Shown here piece after piece: positions 43,544 to 55,574 of a DNA stretch of 64,000 bases (position 1 is the stretch's first letter; each line of letters begins with the position of its first letter). The notes beneath the pieces are model-generated. The model ran no database searches. It was given only the letters and a program-made list of their open reading frames with translations, and had not been told where the DNA came from. Origin of the DNA: Elusimicrobia bacterium HGW-Elusimicrobia-1 (lineage in GTDB: Bacteria > Elusimicrobiota > Endomicrobiia > PHAN01); NCBI GenBank assembly GCA_002841695.1, contig PHAN01000003.1, positions 164,849 through 228,848 on the forward strand, written 5' to 3'. A program made the position numbers and the translations under genes.

Positions 43544-44471
43544 GAAACCGGATTTATCGAAAGTCAAAAGAATCGCTTTGGACGCTCGTCCGGGCAAAGT
43601 GGCGACGGAGTTTTTCGCAAAGCCCGCGTCTTCCCGTATGTCCGACATCATTCCCGATATACTCGCCGGCAAAAACATAAAATGTCTTGCGGAGGCGATC
43701 CGCGCCGCCCGACGGAAAAATAAGCCCGTAGTTTTGGCGTACGGCGCCCACCTGATAAAATGCGGCCTCTCCCCGCTCGTCATATCCCTCATCGAAAAAA
43801 GATGGATCACCGCCTGCGCGACCAACGGCGCGGGTATAATTCACGATTTTGAAATAGCGCGCTCCGGACGCACTTCCGAGGAAGTGGCCGACACGATAAA
43901 AGACGGTTCTTTCGGGATGGTCAAGGACACCGGCATTTTCCTTAACGCCGCGGCTTCTATGGCTGCCGCCGAGGGCTACGGCCTCGGAGAGACCTTCGGC
44001 CGCGCTGTTCTGGGCTCGAATTTCTGGCATAAAAAATTAAGCATAGCCGCCGCGTGCGCCCGCAAACAAATGCCATTTACGGTTCATGCGGCCATCGGCA
44101 CGGACATAATTTATCAGCATCCCGAATGCGACGGCGCGGCGTGGGGCGCGTCGAGCTACACTGATTTTCTTAAAATGATATCGGTAGTTTCATCTCTGGG
44201 CGACGGCGGAGTTTTTATGAATTTCGGCAGCGCCGTGATTATTCCGGAGGTTTTTCTTAAAGCGCTCAGTGTCGCCAGAAATCTGGCCGGCGGAGCGGGC
44301 AAGATAGACAACTTCACTACGGCGAATTTCGATATGTACAGGATGTATCGTCCGTTTCAGAATATCGTTTCGCGTCCCGTGGCGGCGTCTGAATCGGGCG
44401 CGGGTTACGACTTCAGCGGACATCACGAAATAATGCTGCCGCTGCTGTATCATTTACTGACGACAAAATGA
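43524..44471 (+). CDS. deoxyhypusine-synthase-like (DHS family) protein
   Basis: 'LIEKRWITACATNGAGIIHDFEIA' aligns to the DHS 'VDVLVTTAGGVEEDLIK' region; 'HAAIGTDIIYQHP' aligns to 'SLGDMIFFHSY'. The assignment is by motif only. Confidence 0.4.
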   Translation: MKRQVFKKPDLSKVKRIALDARPGKVATEFFAKPASSRMSDIIPDILAGKNIKCLAEAIRAARRKNKPVVLAYGAHLIKCGLSPLVISLIEKRWITACATNGAGIIHDFEIARSGRTSEEVADTIKDGSFGMVKDTGIFLNAAASMAAAEGYGLGETFGRAVLGSNFWHKKLSIAAACARKQMPFTVHAAIGTDIIYQHPECDGAAWGASSYTDFLKMISVVSSLGDGGVFMNFGSAVIIPEVFLKALSVARNLAGGAGKIDNFTTANFDMYRMYRPFQNIVSRPVAASESGAGYDFSGHHEIMLPLLYHLLTTK

Positions 44472-45298
44472 AAACAGTTAATGTCGGGAAAATTAAAATC
44501 GGCGGAGAAAATCCGCTGGTTCTTTTTGCGGGGCCCTGCGTTCTTGAAAAAGAATCCGAAGCCCTGGCGATAGCCGAACGGCTCGTCGACATAACCTCAC
44601 GTCTTCAAATCCCGTTCGTTTTCAAAGCGTCTTACGACAAGGGTAACCGTTCTAACGTAGATTACTACCGCGGCCCCGGCATTGAAAAAGGCCTGAGGAT
44701 GCTCGATAACATCCGCAAGGCGACCGGCGCGCCCGTCATTTCCGACATTCATTGCCGCGCCGAAATTCCCGCCGCCGCCGAAGTCCTCGACATAATCCAG
44801 ATACCGGCTTATCTTTGCCAGCAGACAGATTTGGTTGTGGCGGCGGCGAAAGCGCTCAAGCCGCTGAACATCAAAAAAGGACAGTTTCTGGCGCCGTGGG
44901 ATATGGGCAAGGTGGCGGCAAAGGCCGCTTCCGCGGGCAACGAAAATATAATGCTTACCGAGAGGGGGAATTTTTTCGGATACAATAATCTCGTCTGCGA
45001 TATGCGCTCCATCCCGATAATGCGCGAAACCGGACATCCCGTTCTGGCCGACATAACTCATATGGTGCGCCTGCCCGGCCCGCCGTCGAAAGACGCTTCC
45101 GGCGGACAGCCGCAGTTTATCGCGCCTCTCTCATACGCGGCCGTCGCGGCCGGCGCCGACGGTCTTTTCCTTGAAGTCCATCCGGAGCCCAAAAACGCGC
45201 TCTGCGACGCCGCCAGTATGCTGCGTCTCGATTTATTGGAAAAAGTTCTTGAGACCGCAAAAAAAATCAGCGAAGCCGTCCGCGCTAAAGGAAAATAA
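44468..45298 (+). CDS. kdsA: 3-deoxy-8-phosphooctulonate synthase
   Basis: 'VNVGKIKIGGENPLVLFAGPCVLE...' is typical of KDO8P synthase (DAHP-synthase-I fold). Confidence 0.8.
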   Translation: MKTVNVGKIKIGGENPLVLFAGPCVLEKESEALAIAERLVDITSRLQIPFVFKASYDKGNRSNVDYYRGPGIEKGLRMLDNIRKATGAPVISDIHCRAEIPAAAEVLDIIQIPAYLCQQTDLVVAAAKALKPLNIKKGQFLAPWDMGKVAAKAASAGNENIMLTERGNFFGYNNLVCDMRSIPIMRETGHPVLADITHMVRLPGPPSKDASGGQPQFIAPLSYAAVAAGADGLFLEVHPEPKNALCDAASMLRLDLLEKVLETAKKISEAVRAKGK

Positions 45299-45302
45299 AG
45301 AT

Positions 45303-45989
45303 ATGAAAATTTTCATCGATACCGCCGATCCCGCCGCCATAAAAAAATTCGCGGACATGGGCATTTTGGCCGGCGTTACGACAAACCCGACTCTTCTGGT
45401 AAAACAAATGTCGTCTTCTTCCGGCGCGCCGGCTGCGTCGGAAAGCGCTTTCGCCAGACAGAAGGCCATACTCAAAGAAATCTGCGACGTCGCCGTCTGC
45501 GATGTCCTTGCCGAGCCGGTCAGCGTCGACGCCGAAAATATAATCTCCGAGGCCGCATTCCTCTGTTCAATTTCAAAAAGAATCGTGGCCAAAATACCGC
45601 TTACCGCCGAGGGACTAAAGGCGGCCGCCGTTCTTAAAAAAAGAAATATCCGCGTGGCTTTTACGCTTGTTTTTTCCGCGGAACAGGCAATACTTGCCGC
45701 CGCCGCCGGAGCCGATTATATTTGTCCGTTTGTGGGCCGGCTCGACGACGCCGGACAAAAAGGCGTCGAAGTCATAGGCGATATGGCGTCGATTTACGCG
45801 GCCTCCGGAGTCAAAACGCGGATAGTCGCCGCCTCTATAAGAGGACTGGAGCACGTGACGGCATGCGCCCGTCGCGGGGCTTACGCGGCCACCGTGCCGC
45901 CCGGGATAATCGACGAAATGATAAAGCACGAACTCACCGCCAAAGGCGTGGAAAAATTCACACAGGACTGGTCTAAAGCAGCGCGATGA
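45303..45989 (+). CDS. transaldolase / fructose-6-phosphate aldolase family (TalC/MipB-like)
   Basis: 'MKIFIDTADPAAIKKFADMGILAGVTTNPTLL'. Confidence 0.7.
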   Translation: MKIFIDTADPAAIKKFADMGILAGVTTNPTLLVKQMSSSSGAPAASESAFARQKAILKEICDVAVCDVLAEPVSVDAENIISEAAFLCSISKRIVAKIPLTAEGLKAAAVLKKRNIRVAFTLVFSAEQAILAAAAGADYICPFVGRLDDAGQKGVEVIGDMASIYAASGVKTRIVAASIRGLEHVTACARRGAYAATVPPGIIDEMIKHELTAKGVEKFTQDWSKAAR

Positions 45990-46972
45990 TCGACAAAAAA
46001 ATACTCGCCGAAGCGCGAAGAGTTCTTCTTACCGAAGCCGCCGCCGTCAAAGAACAGACGAGGCATTTGGGCCCGGGGTTTCTTGAAGCCGTAAAGATAA
46101 TCGTGGCCTGCGCGGAAGCGGGCGGCAAGCTTATGGTCACCGGTGTGGGGAAGTCGGGGCTGATAGCAAGAAAAATCTCGGCCACATTCTCGTCGGTGGG
46201 CGTTCCGTCGGTTTTTGCCAACATCACCGAACTCGTTCACGGCGATTTGGGAATGATATCTTCCCGCGACACAGTTCTGGCGCTTTCCTACTCCGGCGAC
46301 TCCGACGAACTCAAAAAAGTCCTGCCTCACGTCCGCGAAATCGGTTCGGGTATTATAGCGATGACCGGCCGCCGCGGATCGTATCTGGGTAAACTCTCCG
46401 ACTGTATTCTTACCGTTGCGGTGGCCAAAGAGGCCTGCCCTTACAATATGGTTCCCACGTCCTCTACGACCTCGATGCTGGCCGTGGGCGACGCTCTTGC
46501 TCTGGCTACCGCAAAAGTAATGGGTTTCAAAAAAGACGATTTCGCAAGATTCCATCCGGGCGGAAACCTCGGCAAGCGTTTGAACTTGAAAGTCGCGGAT
46601 CTTATGCGGAAAGGCCGGAGCAATCCCGTAATAAGAGACACGGCCTCCGTTCCAGCCGCCCTGGCCGCCATGACCGCCTCAAAACTCGGCGCGGTCAGCG
46701 TGGTTGATTCCCGCGGACGTCTCATAGGATATTTTACCGACGGAGACCTGCGCCGCCGCCTGCAAAAAAAGAACGGGGCTTCTGCGCTTTCCGCGCGCAT
46801 ATCCGCGGTGATGACCGCGTCCCCCAAAACGGCCATGCCGGCCCAGAGCGCCTGCGACGCGGCCTCAATGATGAAAAAATACAACTGCGACAATCTGCCC
46901 GTCGTGGATTCTTCCGGCCGCCCCATAGGAATTATCGACGAAAGGGACCTTGTGACATCGGGGCTTATATGA
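45986..46972 (+). CDS. kdsD: arabinose-5-phosphate isomerase (SIS + CBS)
   Basis: 'GKLMVTGVGKSGLIARKISATFSSVGVPS' SIS domain; C-terminal CBS pair. Confidence 0.75.
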   Translation: MIDKKILAEARRVLLTEAAAVKEQTRHLGPGFLEAVKIIVACAEAGGKLMVTGVGKSGLIARKISATFSSVGVPSVFANITELVHGDLGMISSRDTVLALSYSGDSDELKKVLPHVREIGSGIIAMTGRRGSYLGKLSDCILTVAVAKEACPYNMVPTSSTTSMLAVGDALALATAKVMGFKKDDFARFHPGGNLGKRLNLKVADLMRKGRSNPVIRDTASVPAALAAMTASKLGAVSVVDSRGRLIGYFTDGDLRRRLQKKNGASALSARISAVMTASPKTAMPAQSACDAASMMKKYNCDNLPVVDSSGRPIGIIDERDLVTSGLI

Positions 46973-47940
46973 AAAAACTTATCCGGCGCGTTCGTGATAT
47001 GCGCGGCAAAAAAATAATCGTCGTCGGGGATGTAATGGCCGACGCTTTCATTTACGGCAAAGTCACCCGCATATCGCCGGAGGCGCCCGTTCCGGTGGTT
47101 GAGGTCACCGGCGAAAAATATATGCCCGGCGGCGCGGCCAACGTTGCGTCGAACATTGTCGCGGTCGGGGGACGGGCCGTTATACTGGGCTCCGTCGGAG
47201 CCGATACCGCCGGAAGACGGTTGTCCGTCACTCTTAAAGAGCGCGGCATAGACGTAAGCCGCATGATTTCCGACGATTCCAGGCCGACAATAATGAAGAC
47301 CCGCGTAATAGCCCACCATCAGCAGGTAGTGCGTTTCGACAGGGAAATAAAAGGCGATCCGTCGCCCGCGGTGCTTTCCCGTCTGATAGATGGTTTTAAG
47401 TCCGTCGCATCCGCCGCCGACGCGGTGATAATTTCCGACTACGGCAAAGGCGTGATAAACCGCAGAATGCTCGACACCGTAATACCGTATTGCCTGTCCC
47501 GCAAAATTCCCATAACCGTAGACCCCAAAGTGGAACATTTTCTTGATTACAAAAAAGTAACCTGCCTCACGCCCAACCTTTACGAAGCCGCCGACGGTAT
47601 GAAAGCCAAACTGCCATCTTCGGAATCGGCGGTGCGGGCGCTCGGTTCCTCCATAATGAAAGCGCTCCGCTGCCGCACGCTCATAATAACCCGGGGCGAA
47701 AAAGGCATGACGCTTTTCGACGAGGGCGGAAAAATCACCGATATGCCGACCCGCGCCAAAGAAATTTTCGACGTGACAGGCGCCGGCGATACCGTAATAT
47801 CGGTGTTTACGCTTGCGTTGGCCGCCGGATCCTGTTTTAGCGATGCCGCGGAACTTGCCAATTATGCCGCGGGCATAGTGGTGGGCAAACTCGGCACCGC
47901 CACGGTTTCCGCCGACGAACTGACGGAGGCGCTTTCGTGA
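46969..47940 (+). CDS. hldA: D-glycero-beta-D-manno-heptose-7-phosphate kinase (RfaE domain I, standalone)
   Basis: PfkB-family kinase: 'KIIVVGDVMADAFIYGKVTRISPEAPVPVV' and 'DVTGAGDTV'. No adenylyltransferase domain is attached. Confidence 0.7.
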   Translation: MKKLIRRVRDMRGKKIIVVGDVMADAFIYGKVTRISPEAPVPVVEVTGEKYMPGGAANVASNIVAVGGRAVILGSVGADTAGRRLSVTLKERGIDVSRMISDDSRPTIMKTRVIAHHQQVVRFDREIKGDPSPAVLSRLIDGFKSVASAADAVIISDYGKGVINRRMLDTVIPYCLSRKIPITVDPKVEHFLDYKKVTCLTPNLYEAADGMKAKLPSSESAVRALGSSIMKALRCRTLIITRGEKGMTLFDEGGKITDMPTRAKEIFDVTGAGDTVISVFTLALAAGSCFSDAAELANYAAGIVVGKLGTATVSADELTEALS

Positions 47941-47989
47941 CGAGGCGCCCGCCGACGGCTGTTATTTGTCGGGCGGCGGCGGACGACCT

Positions 47990-50315
<2,326 letters not shown>

Positions 50316-50335
50316 ACCTAAGACTTTGCGGATAT

Positions 50336-50441
50336 TTCGATTGTCATTGCGAGCCGCACATAGGGTGGCGCGGCAATCCCGCTTTTGTGAGTAGGGACAG
50401 GTCGCGACCTGTCCCTACAAAATCCTCGCAATGACAAATGG
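50336..50441. repeat. MITE-like inverted-repeat element, copy b
   Basis: gtcattgcgagccgc ... ccctacaaaatcctcgcaatgac. Internal perfect palindrome gggacaggtcgcgacctgtccc. Confidence 0.55.
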
Positions 50442-50485
50442 AGCAATTACGACTTTAACGTAAAAGGTTTAACGGAGACAAAATC

Positions 50486-50731
50486 ATGAAATGCCCGAAA
50501 TGCGGAACGGAAAACAAGGACAATGCCCGTTTCTGTAAACGATGCAAGACCAGATTCGACGCGGCTCCGGTCAAAGCGGAAGTAATCTGGCGGCCCGACT
50601 GGAAGTGGCATTTGAAAACCCTGTCGATAATATACGCGATTCTGATAGTGCTTTTTTTCGCCGCGAATTATCTGCTGAAACCCTATATGAGGCAAATACC
50701 GGAGGACTCCACCCCGTGGCTCAAAAAATAG
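50486..50731 (+). CDS. zinc-ribbon small membrane protein
   Basis: 'MKCPKCGTENKDNARFCKRCK' zinc ribbon plus one TM helix. RBS 'aacggagac'. Confidence 0.5.
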   Translation: MKCPKCGTENKDNARFCKRCKTRFDAAPVKAEVIWRPDWKWHLKTLSIIYAILIVLFFAANYLLKPYMRQIPEDSTPWLKK

Positions 50732-51528
50732 ATTGGGGCCTTAAATTCTACCGCGACGTCCTGAAACTCGATTCTCTGCATTTCGGATATTGGGAGGCGA
50801 CGGACGAACTCACGCTGGAAAACATGCGCCGCGCGCAGGATCGCTACACGGAACATCTTCAGGAGATGATCCCCGACGGCGTCAAAAAAATTCTTGATTC
50901 CGGATGCGGCACCGGCGTCGTGGCGCGACGTCTGAAGGATTCCGGATACGACGTCACCAGCATTACGCCCGACGAATACCAGGCGACCCTTTTTGCCCGA
51001 CGGAATCCGGATATTGATTTCCGGTGGACGCGCCTGGAGGACTTCCGCGCCGACGCGCCGTACGACCTGGCGCTGTTTTCCGAGAGTTTTCAGTACGTGG
51101 GCATCGACGCCGCCCTCGACAAATGCCTGGAAATTCTGAAAGACGGCGGTTACATAATAATCTCCGATTACTTCCGCAAGACGCGCGAACCATACTACCG
51201 CACCTGCCACGTGGAAAGCGATTTTTTGGAAGCCGTCGCGCGGCGTTCTCTTACGATTCTTGAAACCCGCGACATAACGGATAAAGCCGCGCCCACACTT
51301 TCGCTGGGAGCCCGGATATATTCCGAGTATGCCCTGCCGACACTTGAAATAATCACCGGCTACGCGGCCGAAAAACATCCTCTTCTGAGCCGGCTTCTCG
51401 CCGCGTTGTTCTACTTTCCGCTTAAAAAAGTCCGCGGTTATCTCTACGAAAGAATGACCGACAAAGTAGACGCCGCCAAATTCCGCCGGCTTATGACTTA
51501 CAAGGTCTTTGTGCTGAAAAAAATTTGA
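50716..51528 (+). CDS. class-I SAM-dependent methyltransferase
   Basis: Motif I 'KILDSGCGTGVVARRL'; motif II 'YDVTSITP'; post-I 'DLALFSESFQYV'. GTG start at 50716 is chosen; the track ORF extends upstream to 50542 in another frame relative to the Zn-ribbon gene. Confidence 0.55.
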   Translation: MAQKIDWGLKFYRDVLKLDSLHFGYWEATDELTLENMRRAQDRYTEHLQEMIPDGVKKILDSGCGTGVVARRLKDSGYDVTSITPDEYQATLFARRNPDIDFRWTRLEDFRADAPYDLALFSESFQYVGIDAALDKCLEILKDGGYIIISDYFRKTREPYYRTCHVESDFLEAVARRSLTILETRDITDKAAPTLSLGARIYSEYALPTLEIITGYAAEKHPLLSRLLAALFYFPLKKVRGYLYERMTDKVDAAKFRRLMTYKVFVLKKI

Positions 51529-51544
51529 CGAAACCCGTCGATAC

Positions 51545-52081
51545 ATGAAAAAAATATCCCGCTTGATATCCGATAAACTCAAAAAAATCAAAGTCGTAAT
51601 CACCGATGTCGACGGAGTTATGACCGCGGGCGAGATAATAATTCTGGCCGGCGGCGATCTTAAAATCTGGAATGTCCGCGACCGCCTGGCGCTCGCATTC
51701 CTGAAAAACGCCGGGTCGCCCGTTTCAATGGCCTTCGTCACCGGACGTTCCTCCGAAGACGTTCGCCTTCGCGCCGCCGAATTCGGAGCGTCCGTTTACG
51801 AACAGTGTTCCGACAAAAAAAAGGCGTTTGACTCCATAGTGGCCGCCGCGGGCGTCCGTCCCGACGAAGCCGTCTGCATAGGCGACGACATAATAGACCT
51901 GCCGATGCTGGCCGCCGCCGGTCTCTCCGTATGCCCGTCCGACGCCGCTCCGGAAGTCAAAAAAATCTGCGATATAAAACTTCGGGCCGCCGGCGGCAGG
52001 GGGGCTTTCAGAGAATTCGCGGAAATGCTGCTTAAATCCCGCGGACTCTGGGAGCGCGCCATAGAACCTTACAAACCGTGA
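51545..52081 (+). CDS. kdsC: KDO 8-phosphate phosphatase (HAD)
   Basis: 'VITDVDGVMTAG ... CIGDDIIDLPML'. Confidence 0.75.
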   Translation: MKKISRLISDKLKKIKVVITDVDGVMTAGEIIILAGGDLKIWNVRDRLALAFLKNAGSPVSMAFVTGRSSEDVRLRAAEFGASVYEQCSDKKKAFDSIVAAAGVRPDEAVCIGDDIIDLPMLAAAGLSVCPSDAAPEVKKICDIKLRAAGGRGAFREFAEMLLKSRGLWERAIEPYKP

Positions 52082-53001
52082 CCCCGCCAAAAAGAAAACT
52101 ATCGAAGCGGCTGTCCGACCTTTTTTTGTATTTTTCCGTAGTCATTTTAAGACGGATGTTTTTGCTGCTGCCTCTGGCCGCAGCCGTGCGGCTGGGCGCG
52201 TTTCTGGGACGGCTGGGTTTTTATTTCGACAGGACCGGCTCGGCCGTCGCGCTTGATAACCTGGCCGCCTCGTATCCGGAACTCTCGCCGTCGGGGGTGC
52301 GCAAACTTTGTCTGGCCGCCTACGCCAATCAGGGGAAGAACTTTGCCGAGTTCGTGAGTTTTCCCAAATACGACGGCTCAAGAATCCGCGAGTTGGTGTC
52401 TTTCGAGGGCGAGGAAATTCTGGCCGAAGCCCGCAAACGCGGCCGCGGCACTATGATAATAACCGCGCATTTCGGCAACTGGGAGCTTTTGGGCGCGGCG
52501 CTGGCCGACCGCGGCTATCCGTTGACGGTGATGGCCAAAAGATTTTACATCCCCGAGATTAACGACATAGTGGTACGCAACCGCGCCGGAGCGGGAATAA
52601 ACCTGATAATGCGCGCGGCGGAGTATTCGGGTAGGGACATAATTAAAACGCTGCGCTCGAACCATCTGCTCGGAATGATAATAGACCAGGACACCGACGT
52701 TCCGGGCGTTTTCGTGAATTTTTTCGGGCGGGATGCATACACGCCCGCGGGCGCGGCGTCCATAGCTCTTAAAATGGATTGTTCCGTCGTCTATGTTTTT
52801 ATCGAGAGGGAATCGCTTCTCGGCCACAGGGTTTGCGTGGAAGGCCCCGTGGAACTTATGAGAACCGGCGACGAACAAAAGGACGCTTTGGAGAACACGC
52901 GGATATTCACCGCCAAAATCGAGGAATACGTCCGCCGACGTCCCGAACAATGGGTTTGGTATCACAAAAGATGGAAAACAAAAAGGAACGACAAAAATTG
53001 A
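52078..53001 (+). CDS. lpxL: lipid A biosynthesis (Kdo)2-lipid IVA acyltransferase
   Basis: 'ITAHFGNWELLGAAL' is the HX4D acyltransferase (LpxL/HtrB) region. Confidence 0.7.
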   Translation: MTPPKRKLSKRLSDLFLYFSVVILRRMFLLLPLAAAVRLGAFLGRLGFYFDRTGSAVALDNLAASYPELSPSGVRKLCLAAYANQGKNFAEFVSFPKYDGSRIRELVSFEGEEILAEARKRGRGTMIITAHFGNWELLGAALADRGYPLTVMAKRFYIPEINDIVVRNRAGAGINLIMRAAEYSGRDIIKTLRSNHLLGMIIDQDTDVPGVFVNFFGRDAYTPAGAASIALKMDCSVVYVFIERESLLGHRVCVEGPVELMRTGDEQKDALENTRIFTAKIEEYVRRRPEQWVWYHKRWKTKRNDKN

Positions 53002-53522
53002 CAATAGCATCCGCCCCGGCCTTTTTGGCGGTTTTACCCCTGATTTTTATGACAGCATCGGGGTGCGCCCGTCGGGAAGCGCCCGCGTCCGTACCGGGTA
53101 CTGCCGTAGCGACGGAATCCATAAACGATTTCCGTCTCAAACAGATGCGCGGCGGGAAGGTAGCGTGGGAACTTAAGGCCTCGTCGGCGAGTTTTCTGAC
53201 CGAAGACGAGGTAGCTCTGGAAAATCCTGTTTTAAGAATTCCGCAGGAAGGCGGCGCGTCGAGCGTTGTGCGGGCCGCGCGCGGAAGGGTCGTTATGAGC
53301 ACCTCGGAGATTCAAACCTTCGGAGACACGGAGTTGACCGGGCCGGACAAGATTGTCCGCGCGACCGACATCGTCTATATTCCTTCGGAGGATAAAATAT
53401 CCACGTCCAAGGGCGTCGTCATAATCACGCCCGACTCGGAAATACGCGGCGATTCCATGGTTTCGGATTCGCGGCTTGAAGTTATAACTTTGACAAACCA
53501 GCGCGTCAAATTAAAAAAATGA
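52971..53522 (+). CDS. lptC: LptC-like LPS export protein
   Basis: N-terminal membrane anchor plus OstA-like beta-jellyroll. Sits between lpxL and lptA. Start at the internal Met (MENKKERQ); the track ORF starts at 52779. Confidence 0.5.
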   Translation: MENKKERQKLTIASAPAFLAVLPLIFMTASGCARREAPASVPGTAVATESINDFRLKQMRGGKVAWELKASSASFLTEDEVALENPVLRIPQEGGASSVVRAARGRVVMSTSEIQTFGDTELTGPDKIVRATDIVYIPSEDKISTSKGVVIITPDSEIRGDSMVSDSRLEVITLTNQRVKLKK

Positions 53523-54169
53523 AGAGTATATTCGCGGCAATGGCGGCGGCGTTTTTTATTGTTTCCGTCATTTCCGCCGACGAGGTTCGCGTTACCGGCA
53601 AAACAATGAATATGATGCCTTCGCGCGACACTATGGTTTTCACCGGCGACGCTCTCGTCGAACATTCCAGTTTTACACTCAAGGCCGACCGCATCGTAAC
53701 CCGCGACGCTCACAATGAAATAGAAGCCGCGGGCAATGTGAGCGTGGCGCTCAAGGCATCCTCCGACGCGCTTCGCGGCGACGAGGGGGCGTATTCTTCT
53801 AAAACAGGCATAGGTTTATTGAGGGGAAATCCGGCGTATTTGAAGTCAATTTCGGCCGAAGGCAAAAAATCGGAGCTTACGGCGCCGCTTCTGGAGTGGA
53901 GCACGCACACCGTCACCGCCAAAGGAGAATCCGTCCTTAAGCGCGACGATATGGAGCTCAAATCGGAGTTTATGAACTACGACCGCTCCGGCGGGATTTT
54001 TACGGCTTCTGTGGTCAGACGGCTGTTTATAAACGAAGATGGACACACGTTGATATTCAGCGCCCAAAAAATGATTTATTCCGACGATACGGGGGTGGCC
54101 CGTCTTGAGGGCAAAGTCAAAGGACGCATACTGGCGGCAAAACAAACGAAAGCGGGCGGTCCAAAATGA
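53519..54169 (+). CDS. lptA: LptA (OstA-like N-terminal domain) periplasmic LPS transport protein
   Basis: Signal peptide plus 'VRVTGKTMNMMPSRDTMVFTGDALVEHSSFTLKADRIV', the OstA_N pattern. Confidence 0.65.
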   Translation: MKSIFAAMAAAFFIVSVISADEVRVTGKTMNMMPSRDTMVFTGDALVEHSSFTLKADRIVTRDAHNEIEAAGNVSVALKASSDALRGDEGAYSSKTGIGLLRGNPAYLKSISAEGKKSELTAPLLEWSTHTVTAKGESVLKRDDMELKSEFMNYDRSGGIFTASVVRRLFINEDGHTLIFSAQKMIYSDDTGVARLEGKVKGRILAAKQTKAGGPK

Positions 54170-54885
54170 GTTTAAAATCCGTCGGATTGAAGAAAATATA
54201 CGGCAAACGGGTTGTCGCCGGGGACATCAGCATAAATGTCGAACCGGGGGAGATTGTGGGACTGCTGGGGCCCAACGGCGCCGGCAAAACTACGACTTTT
54301 TATATGATAGTGGGAATGGTGCGGCCCACTTCCGGCGAGGTTTTTATCGACGGCCTGGCCGCTTCCGCCCTGCCCATTTATCTTCGCGCTCGCCACGGTG
54401 TGGGCTATCTGCCTCAGGAGCCGTCTATTTTCCGCAATCTTACCGTGGAAGAAAATCTCATGGCCATACTCGAAATGCTCGGCACCGATCCCGCCGGGCG
54501 CAAAAAAAAGATGGAGCGTTCGCTTGAAGAAATGGGACTCAGCCGTCTTGCCAAATCAAAAGCATGGCAGCTTTCGGGCGGAGAGAAACGTCGCTGCGAG
54601 GTTGCCCGCGCGCTTCTGAGCGACCCCAAATATCTTCTTCTCGACGAACCTTTCGTAGGCATCGACCCTAAAACTGTCGCCGATATCCAGGAGATAATAA
54701 AGAATATTAAGAGCCGCGGCCTCGGTGTGCTCATTACCGACCACAACGTCAGGGAGACGTTGAGCGTGACCGACCGCTCTTATATAATGTACGACGGCTC
54801 CATACTTATGGAAGGCGCCGCGGACGAACTTGCCAATTCGTCCAAAGTGCGGGAAGTTTATCTTGGCGAAAGATTTAAAATGTAG
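54166..54885 (+). CDS. lptB: LPS export ABC transporter ATP-binding protein
   Basis: Walker A 'GPNGAGKTT', signature 'LSGGEKRR' and Walker B 'LLLDEP'. Confidence 0.8.
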   Translation: MSLKSVGLKKIYGKRVVAGDISINVEPGEIVGLLGPNGAGKTTTFYMIVGMVRPTSGEVFIDGLAASALPIYLRARHGVGYLPQEPSIFRNLTVEENLMAILEMLGTDPAGRKKKMERSLEEMGLSRLAKSKAWQLSGGEKRRCEVARALLSDPKYLLLDEPFVGIDPKTVADIQEIIKNIKSRGLGVLITDHNVRETLSVTDRSYIMYDGSILMEGAADELANSSKVREVYLGERFKM

Positions 54886-54969
54886 GCGCCGGAATTTTCG
54901 TTTTGCCTCGGAATAATGTAAAATTCCGGTTGATTCTCCGGTCAGACGGACTAAAAGGCAGGGTAACTT

Positions 54970-55503
54970 ATGGAATTTAATATCATTGCCAGACGATTCG
55001 CTCTTACGCAGTCGATAGCCGATTACGCTCAAAAAAAGGTAACGGCCACGGTTTCCAAGATTCGTCCCGCGGCGACCAAGGTGCACGTGATATTGGCGGT
55101 GGAAAAGAAGTATCTTCACACCGTCGAGATAGTCGTGCAGTCGCCGCACGGGAAATTTTTATCCAAAAGTCATTCGGAGGATCTCTATGCAGCAATCGAC
55201 CTTGCCTGCGGGAAGCTCTCCAAGCAGCTTAAAAAATATAAAGAGAAGATGAAGGACCATCACCGTCGTCCCGCGATTCGCGATCTGGCGCCGGCGGCGG
55301 TCTCGGTTTTCGAGCGCGGCACTAACGAAATAGCCGAAACCAAGAGTTTTGACATAAGGGAACTCACTCCCGACGCCGCCGTGGAAAAAATGCTTGATTC
55401 CGAGTATAATTTTTACGTGTTCAAGAACTCCGAATCCGGGTCCGTCAGCATTGTCTACAAAAGAAGCGACGGCACTTTCGGAATGATAGAATTAAATATA
55501 TAA
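54970..55503 (+). CDS. hpf: ribosome hibernation promoting factor (long form)
   Basis: 'MEFNIIARRFALTQSIADYAQKKV...VHVILAVEKKYLHTVEIVV' plus the C-terminal dimerisation domain. Confidence 0.75.
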   Translation: MEFNIIARRFALTQSIADYAQKKVTATVSKIRPAATKVHVILAVEKKYLHTVEIVVQSPHGKFLSKSHSEDLYAAIDLACGKLSKQLKKYKEKMKDHHRRPAIRDLAPAAVSVFERGTNEIAETKSFDIRELTPDAAVEKMLDSEYNFYVFKNSESGSVSIVYKRSDGTFGMIELNI

Positions 55504-55574
55504 TATCCGTCCGCCGCTTTCCGCCGACGGGTCAGTGTGTTGATTTTGCCGCATAAAAGATTGGAGGAGCAAAG

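Noticed and set aside
46441-47538. 365-aa minus-strand ORF
   Set aside because: Antisense to kdsD and the heptose kinase, both with clear family motifs on the plus strand.
50683-51741. 352-aa minus-strand ORF
   Set aside because: Antisense to the SAM-MTase and kdsC, both supported by motifs.
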